NCBI RefSeq assembly: GCF_009914755.1
Contig: NC_060935.1
From: the human T2T-CHM13v2.0 reference genome, Homo sapiens
Direction: 5' to 3' (one strand)
Length of the DNA stretch: 64,000 nt
A program made the translations under genes and the position numbers. Below are positions 56,170 through 64,000 of the stretch, one piece after another (within the stretch, counting starts at the first letter, position 1; each line of letters starts with the position of its first letter). Under the pieces are notes generated by a model, which had not been told where the DNA came from, ran no database searches, and saw only the letters and a list, made by a program, of their open reading frames with translations.

Positions 56170-57579
56170 TAAGCTCTGCAAAACCCAGTGCCGGGGGACA
56201 GTCCGAGGACCTGGCTGTTTGTCCTGGGCTCAGAGCACATGAGCTCAGACAGCTGGGGTCTAGGCAGCACCCACTGGAAGTCTTGAGTGTTGTGCAGCTT
56301 GGGCATCTGAAGAGAGGGAGAAACTGGTGTTTGGGGGAACCCTGGCACACAAGAGACTTTCCATCAACTCGCATGAAGGAGAAGGACGCTGCCCTAGAAT
56401 AAAAACCCTGGCCATGAATGGTCTCTGACAGCTTTAAGGGAAAGAGCAATTGTCTCCTTGTAGAGATGAGATCTCCCAGGCAGGAATGTCATGTGGATTC
56501 TGCCTGTGGCCTCCACATGTCTCATGTTGTGGGGGAAGGTTTCTGGGAGCAGGCCCAGGAGGAGACAGGATTCATAGGAGATTTCATGATGGGCTCTGCA
56601 GCAGTGTTAAGATTGGAATCAAACTTCTTTCCAAACATGGGCTGTGCAGTCCAGCTTCAGGCCAAGGAGTGGGAGCATAAGCAGGTGCCATATTTCATGG
56701 GATCAGGCCCCCTGTTAGAGTATCTCTTCCCCAGGCCACCAAGGAAGGCAGGGAGAGGGGATGACGTCCCATGATCTGGTTGGAGGAAGGGGAGATTTGT
56801 GCACAGCTATGGTTCGATGCCGGCCCACATTCCCCACTGCCCACATGCCCCAGGCTGAGGTGCGAGCTGCGGCAGCATGTAACAGTTCATGCTCAGCTCT
56901 CCCTCCCCGCACCAGTCATCTGTGGTGGGTGCAGCCCCCAAGGAGAGCCAAGCCCAGACCATTCATGCCCTACACTTAACCAAGTTTCTCCTTTGCAGTG
57001 ACCGGGGAGGAATTCAGGCTTCTCCCGTGTCACCCCTGGGTGTTCCTGGGTGTTGTGAATTCTCTCCAGGTGCATAATCACCAGACCTTGGTAGCCATTC
57101 CTGCCCCACCCTAGTTGCTCTGTTACAGAGTGAGCTTGGTCTCTCTCTGCTTCCCCCCTACCCTCTTATCAGTTTCACGCTTGCTAAGATGAGGCCCCTG
57201 TGGCCTCTTCTTGGGGGTATCTGTGGGCTGACACTGGACTTTCTGGGTGAGGGTCTCCTACTCAGTATCTCATGATGTCCGTGATGCTGACTGTAGCTCA
57301 TGTAACCACAGCACTTCATAGTGCAGATCTGGGGCCCGTGGCTGACCTGGGAATCAGATCATCCCCATTTCCCAGATGAGGATGGTGAGAGAGCAATAAC
57401 TGGGTCCATGATGCCAGACTTGGCAAATTCCGTGCCATGTTGAGCTGGGGAAGCCCGTTGACAAGGTCTGGGGTAGGCAAGGTGGGGCTGGGGTCGTCTT
57501 AGAAGGCCAGCTCTGTTCTTGGGGGCTTGCAAACCCCGCCTGCCTGAGTTTCACTCTATCTCATTGTGAGTGAATTCAT

Positions 57580-57750
57580 TGTTGTGCAACCTAGAGTGGT
57601 GAGACAAGTTAATTACATAATTACTGCAAAATCACATGTTATTTCATGGCTGCAATATGGTAACTCTGTTGGAAACAATTGTAATTGCCCAGAAACTGCA
57701 TTCGAGTGGCTCCGTTATCTCTTGATAACCATGTAATTAACTTGTATTAT
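57580..57750. mobile_element. Ancient palindromic repeat, MER135-like
   Basis: Perfect 15 bp inverted repeats acaagttaattacat (57604-57618) / atgtaattaacttgt (57731-57745); interior resembles MER135 from recall. Confidence 0.55.
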
Positions 57751-58366
57751 AACTTTATCTCCAGCAAACTCTGAAGTAAGAGTTGGGGCCCTTGGGTTGG
57801 GCACAGCCATCCTAGACCTAAGGGTCCAGGGAGAGTCTGGCACTGGGGACTCTGCTACAATGCAGGAAAATCATTTGCTTTTTCAGGTTGAGAAAGAAAA
57901 TTCCTCATTATAAACTCCAGCCCTCTGTGTCTCTCCTCACGCAAACCCCTTCACAATCCCATGTGCTCACATACAGACAGCTCCCAGTTTCACCGTCCCC
58001 TTGGACCCATGGCTCACACAAACACCCACTGCAGCCAGCTCCACTGGCCTTTGCCTCTCTTCTCGCACATACAGGGTGCAGCTCCTTCACAGAAACTGGA
58101 TGCCCCCAAAGTTGAGAACTTCTGCCCCAAGATCCTCGGCCCTAGCAATCCCTTTTCAGAAACTGGGCCAATGACCACAAAACCACAACTTGGAGAGGTA
58201 GCCTCCTGCAAGCCCCCAGGAGTGCCCAGCCATCCTTTCACTTTCAAGTAGAGGAGTAGGCCTGGGGAGGGTGAGGTGCGAATCCAGCCTAGCCCAGCCC
58301 AGCCCAGCCCATTCCCTGCCCAGGAGCAGGCAGGGCTTGAGGCAATAGTCTGACTCCCTCTGCCCT

Positions 58367-58415
58367 GGGCTGTGGGCTGTGGGCTGTGGGCTGTGGGCTG
58401 TGGGCTGTGGGCTGT
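58367..58415 (+). repeat. (GGGCTGT)7 tandem repeat
   Basis: Read directly. Confidence 0.95.
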
Positions 58416-59644
58416 GGCTAGGGTGAAAATAGCCCCTGGGAAGGAGGAGGGAGTGGCCTGATAGTGAAGGAGCCTGTCCATGCAACTTTTTCTGTCTAGG
58501 TTGGGGATTCAAGAAGCCTCTGTTTTTAATATTGCCCAGCGAGAAGGTATCTTTACAGTTCCAGGCTTTGTGCTTGGCACTGTGGCTGCAGCCAAGACCA
58601 AGACAGCATCCCTGCTGCCTTGAGTAAATCTAGCTCGGCGGGGGAGGTGGAAAACGCCCTGGTGTCTGCCTGTCTGCTGCAGTTCTGGCTGGAGCTGAGT
58701 GATGGGGCTTGACCACCTCCACCTCTCCTGCCTGTCTCTGCCTACACACTTGTCTACTTGTGTGTCCATCCTTCCTGCCTGCAGCACATGTCTGTCTGAC
58801 CGTATGTCCATTGACTTGTCCATCTATGACTTTCTTAAGTCATCACAAATGGCCTTGTGTCCCCCAGAGGGAACTGGCCTGTCCCAGGTCTCCGCATAGC
58901 ATTCCGTCCTCACAATGATGTGCTTTGTTTTCCTGGCTTTCCCCGCAACATGGCTTCTGCTTTCCATCCCCACAGCAAGCTCCCCAAGGGCAGGGACGGT
59001 GTCTGATCTATGATTCATCCTCACATCTGATTTGCTCCAGGACACCCCCGGTTGCAGCATGGGATTGAGACACAGAGTCTATTGAGGTTTGCTGACTGAA
59101 TAAATGGATGCCTCCAGACTGCATGGGCTGAGTCGAAAGGAAACAGGATTTTTCTTGCTCACTCAGAAGAGCAGAAAGCTGGGCCCCAGCTGCTGGGCAG
59201 AGACAACAAGTGCTGTCTGTCACCCTAAAAGGGAAGAGAGGTTTCAGCATGGTGCTCCCATGGCAGAGGACACAAGATTTGTGGTCCTACTGGGGAAAAG
59301 GTCAGAGCTGGGTCCCCATCTGTGCAGTCAGTCTGGGGTCTCAACAGAGGGGATGGAACACAGGGTAGGGAAGGCTTCATCTTGCCCCTCTTCTTAGGGA
59401 CCTACTCAGGGCCAGAGTGTGTGCTCTCCCAGAGGGAAGATACCCCAGGTCTCACCTCTGGCTGGGGCTGGAGGCTCTGAGTTGTCTCCTTCCTCCCAGC
59501 TTCTTCCCCTAAAGCCAGCCTTTTGCTCCCCTGCCCAGCAACAGCACATGCTGGAGGCCCCTACCCTGCTCTGTGCCCTGCCCTTGAGAGGCAGAGGGGA
59601 GGGGCCCCAGGTCTGTGTCAGTCATGTGAACAACGCAGAGTAAC

Positions 59645-59952
59645 CTCCCGGAAACATTCATAAGTTTAATCCACGCCAGTAATAAAATCGCATTACATTT
59701 CTCATAAAATAAATGTTCCCATTTATATACAGAAGACAGACTGTACAGGCCCGGCCTGGCCCCAGGAGGGGTCACACACAGACGGGCGGTGGTGGAGGAG
59801 GAAGGGCCATCCCTCCCATCGAGGACGGAGAAGTTCTAATGTGGCAGGAGAGCGGCTGGCCAGCCTGCACTGGTAGAGTGGCTGGCTGGCCGGCCAGGCA
59901 GGTGGGCAGGCGGGCAGATGGACAGACGGGCCTGGAGGCCAGGCGCCGGGCG
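59645..59952 (-). other. LMO1: LMO1 3'UTR (3' end approximate)
   Basis: Between the TAA stop and a cleavage site inferred ~20 nt past ATTAAA. Confidence 0.75.
59665..59670 (-). terminator. LMO1: LMO1 polyadenylation signal ATTAAA
   Basis: tttaat on the + strand, ~280 nt after the stop codon; UGUA elements upstream and GU-rich GCGTTGTT downstream on the minus strand. Confidence 0.75.
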
Positions 59953-60058
59953 TTACTGAACTTGGGATTCAAAGGTGCCATTGAGCTGCCCTTCCTCATA
60001 GTCCATCTGACACAAGATCATGTTGTTCTTCAGGAAGAATTTGTCTCCCACACAAAAT
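59953..60058 (-). CDS. LMO1: LMO1 last coding exon (exon 4; end of LIM2 and C-terminus)
   Basis: (R)FCVGDKFFLKNNMILCQMDYEEGQLNGTFESQVQ*; acceptor ggattttctag|A at 60059/60058; phase matches exon 3. Confidence 0.97.
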
Positions 60059-60468
60059 CTAGAAAATCCAAGCGAGAGAGAGAAGCCATGGGAAGGTCCC
60101 AGTGGGTAAGGGGGGGGCTGCAGACAGAAGCCGGCCTGGCCTATGAGGTGAGCTATGTGGGAGGTGGTGGGGGGAGTTTGTTCCTTGAACCTTCCAGAGG
60201 GAACTGCCAAAAGTCCCCACAGCACACCTGGGCAATTCCCCCAGGCCAGCCCCAACCTTGGCCAGGCCCTGTAGCCTGAGGTGGTAGGACAGACAGACAG
60301 TTGGGCCACAGGCTTCCATAGTCAGGTCTCCTGTGTTGGTGAGTGTAGGGTTAGGGGGGTTGGTGGAGAGGTGCAGGAACAGCCTACCCCAGTCCCAGAG
60401 AGGGAGAAAGGGAAAGCACAAACAGAAAAAGACCAAGTGGGGAGACAGATGGAGAAAGGCAGAGATGG

Positions 60469-60741
60469 GGCCGGGTGTGGTGGCTCACACCTGTAATCCC
60501 AACACTTTGGGAGGCTGAGGTGGGTGGATCACGAAGTCAGGAGTTTAAGACCAGCCTGGCCAAGGTGGTGAAACCCCATCTCTACTAAAAATACAAAAAA
60601 ATTTAGCTGGTGGGCATCTGTAATCCCATCTACTCGGGAGGCTGAGGCAGAGGATTGCTTGAACCCAGGAGGCGGAAGTTGCAGTGAGCCGAGATCACAC
60701 CACCACACTCCAACCTGGGCGACAGAGTAAGACTCCATCTC

Positions 60742-60769
<28 letters not shown>
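60469..60769 (+). mobile_element. AluS in LMO1 intron 3
   Basis: Dimer plus poly(A); TSD aaaggcagagatgg. Confidence 0.9.
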
Positions 60770-60773
<4 letters not shown>

Positions 60774-61087
60774 GAGATGGGTAAGGAAGGAGGGATAAAA
60801 TGGTTGTTTTTTCCATCCGTCTATCCCTCTCCCCAGTTTAAGAGGATGGCTCAGTACAGGGCATTCTTCCTCTAAACAAAATTGATAAGTTACCTAGAGC
60901 ATCCTTCTAGGAGGTAACCCCGTTCCACTATCTCCTCTCCTACCGAAGGAAGGCCCTTCATTGGTCTCCTAGTCCTCCCCAAGTAATGGAAGATTCCGGT
61001 CCTTTCCCTAAAGATGTCCCCAGGGTGGGTGAAGCCTTTAGTGAGACCCCAAGATCGCTGGCCTAGTTCCAGCAGATCCCAGTTCAA

Positions 61088-61103
61088 CCACCAGGTGGCG
61101 CTG
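61088..61103 (+). promoter_or_regulatory. CTCF core motif in LMO1 intron 3
   Basis: CCACCAGGTGGCGCTG, near-consensus. Confidence 0.7.
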
Positions 61104-61549
61104 TAAGTTCACTGAGCCCTCCTAACAGCAGGTCCGGCCAGAGCCCCCAGCCAGACCAGCGTTCCCTGTAGGTCCCTCTGAACCTCACTTCAGGGAGCAC
61201 TTGTATGCGTTCCTACCTGACCTGGGGGCTCCTGAGAAGAGCGCCTGCCTTCTGGTGCTAGGCCCCAGCCAGGGCTGAAGGGCTCTGGCTCCTTAGGTCC
61301 CCAGGGACTCCCACAGGGCTAGGGCACAGAGTTGGGGCCAAGAGACCAGAAAATAGGCTGGGCTGGAACCAGAATCACAAGGGCTGGGTGAGGAGAGAGT
61401 GGCCACTCCCTGAGGGGACTTTGCCCTCCAGATTTGGGAACCCCTTCTCACTGGAACATACATGCACACACATGCACATACTATACACTGGGTACGGGGG
61501 TGGGAGGATACGTTATCCCATGCACATGCACGTTTCAAACACGTATACA

Positions 61550-61867
61550 GGCTGGGCGCGGTGGCTCACACCTGTAATCCCAGCAATCTGGGAGGCTGAG
61601 GTGGGCAGATAACCTGAGATCAGGAGTTCAAGACCAGCCTGGCCAACATGGTGAAACCCCGTCTCTACTAAAAATATAAAAATAAAAATAAAAATAAAAA
61701 TTAGCCAGGCGTGGTGGCACACGCCTGTAGTCCCAGCTACTTGGGAGGTTGAGGCAGGAGAATCACTTGAACCCGGGAGGCAGAGGTTGCCGTGAGCCAA
61801 GATTGTGAGATCACACCACTGCACCCCAGCCTGGGCAACAGAGTGAGACTATCTCAAAAAATAAAAT
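61550..61867 (+). mobile_element. AluSx/Sz in LMO1 intron 3
   Basis: Dimer with an expanded (TAAAA)n linker. Confidence 0.9.
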
Positions 61868-61869
61868 AT

Positions 61870-62230
61870 GTATACACACATGCATACTCACCTCATCATG
61901 CATGCACGTTGCACATACACATACACCCCCAGACATTTAAAAACACATGTACAAATGCATATTAATTCCATCATGCACATGTGCCCACTTGTACATTTCC
62001 AAATACACATGCATGCACATGCACACTCAACTATGCATACACAGTAAACTCATGCACGCCTTCATTATATTCACACAGAAATGTGCCACACAGATGTGCA
62101 CACCCAATATTAAAGTGCACACATTTGGCTACCGAGCTTACACACACATAAAACACATAAAGCACATGCACGCTCATAACCTGCACGCACCACCACATAC
62201 ACACACGCAACCCGCATTTGCGTGCACGCG
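61870..62230. repeat. CA/TG-rich low-complexity tract
   Basis: Degenerate cacacatgca repeats. Confidence 0.8.
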
Positions 62231-62311
62231 TCCGCCGTGCTCCTGGCCCATCCCAGCAGGCCTCAGGCTGGTGTCTGGGGAGTGTGTTGGGTCGGCCAGT
62301 CCAGCACTGAC

Positions 62312-62437
62312 CTCTGGTTGCAGAGCTGGCAGGCGAAGCAGTCGAGGTGATACACGTTGTCCCGGGCCCGCATCACCATCTCGAAGGCTGGGATCAGCTT
62401 GCTGCAAGCAGCACAGTTCCCTGTGGTGCCAAAGAGC
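62312..62437 (-). CDS. LMO1: LMO1 exon 3 (rhombotin-1, most of LIM domain 2)
   Basis: (R)[41 protein letters not shown](R) with LIM Cys/His spacing; acceptor ccttccctcggcag|G, donor AG|gtcagt; 126 nt. Confidence 0.97.
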
Positions 62438-63176
62438 CTGCCGAGGGAAGGGCGCAGAGGACTCAGCAGCATTCTGGGAAGCTGGGTGGGCAGGGGGAAA
62501 GGAGTTGCCTCCATCCAGGGTCCTTCCCATACTCCAACTTGTGGGCTCAGCAGGTGGGCTCAGGCAATAGGATAAGAGCACTGAGGGCAGCATCTAGATT
62601 CTGCCCAGAGATCAGGCTGCCAATAAATCAGCACATCCCCTTCCAGGGAGGGTGTGTAGGGGGTCAGGAGTTGGCTGCCACTGCCCATCCCAAGGCCCCC
62701 TCCCAGGCTCCCACAAGGGTCCTCAAGCCCTGGAGCCACCAAGAGAATCCTAGGCTGGGCCCTGAGCAAGCCTGAATTTCAGGGGCAGACTGAATCTTGG
62801 GTTGTGTGCCCTCAGGCAAGTCAGTGAGTCTCTCTGAGCCTCATTTACCTCATCTGTAAAACAAAGCCTGAAACACACCCTTTATGGGGTAGTTGTGAAA
62901 CCTGTTGTAAATTCTCAGTCACAACTCACTAAGCAACCACCTAGGTAGTGTTCACTATGTGTCAGCCACTAATCTAAGAGCTTTACAAAGATAAACGCTT
63001 AATCCTCACAACAAACCTAGGAGGTGGTACTATTATTATTCCCCATTTTAAAGATTTAAAATATGAGTCACAGAGAAACAACTTGGACAGTCACAGGGCC
63101 TTGGTCCAGAAGGCGTGCTCTAAACCACTGCATGACATGCTTTTCCCACCTTTAACATTACAGTGTTTATTATTTG

Positions 63177-63363
<187 letters not shown>

Positions 63364-64000
63364 TAAGTCCCTTTTTTTCTTTCTCTGAACCTCAGTTTAT
63401 CCTTCTGTAAAATAGGGATGGATGATCCTATTCAAAGATGCTGTAAAACAGAACTGATGCCCAAAGGAAGCGCCAAGGACATCTGGCACAAATGCCTCTT
63501 TGAGGCAGGCACCCCTCCTCTTAGCTGCTGGCTGTAAAGCTCTAGGGACAGGGAGTTTACTCCCTCCCCATGCAGGCCAGCCCTTGGCTGGATGTCCCAA
63601 TGGTCTGAGCCATCCCGGCTCCTCCTTGCTTCTTTCCTGCACACAGACAGAGCAAGCCCCAAGTGAGGCAAGGAGGCTGAGAAGAGGGTGGGGGGCCCCT
63701 TTAATCCCCGATTTGTCCAGCTCAAACTCAGGCGCCTGCAGATGAGCTTGGCTCCATTATTCATCAGCTTGAGCTGCCTGGTGGCTCAGATTAAGGCAGA
63801 CAAAGGCTAGGCCACAGCATCTGCCTGCCAAGAGGGGCTTTTCTTGCCATCGGCCCAGGAACAGTTGCTGCAGAGGGCGCAGGCTCTGGACAGCCATTCT
63901 CCAGGCCTGAGCAGCTCAAGGAAGCCACGCTCCCATCCCAGCCCACTGGTCTAGCTGGTCCTACAGTCACTCCTTGCCTCTGCCAGAGCAAAAAAAAAAA

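Noticed and set aside
60059-60309. N-terminal part of the 118 aa ORF containing the LMO1 C-terminus (and likewise the ends of ORF 62263..62514)
   Set aside because: Intronic read-through beyond canonical splice sites

Overview
Primate genomic DNA, recognisable as the human RIC3-LMO1 interval (11p15.4) from two minus-strand genes. RIC3 coding exon 1 lies at 3810-3933 in a CpG-island promoter, with intron 1 running off the left edge. LMO1 exons 3 and 4, its 3'UTR and an ATTAAA poly(A) signal lie at about 59645-62437, with intron 2 running off the right edge. The roughly 55 kb between the genes is intergenic and holds Alu, L1, L2/MIR, MaLR/ERVL LTR and DNA-transposon remnants, several micro/minisatellites and candidate enhancers. 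The most unusual signal is repeated local inverted copying of sequence I do not recognise as any transposon family. There are three ungapped inverted-repeat pairs with unrelated arms (164 bp at 88%, 189 bp at 93% and 199 bp at 96% identity, all hand-aligned). There is also a two-segment, microhomology-joined inverted insertion inside an AluJ. The best-matched pair brackets a CTCF motif 3.5-5 kb downstream of the LMO1 poly(A) site. No RNA genes, CRISPR arrays or other credible coding sequences were seen. Repeat subfamily names are from recall, not a database run.
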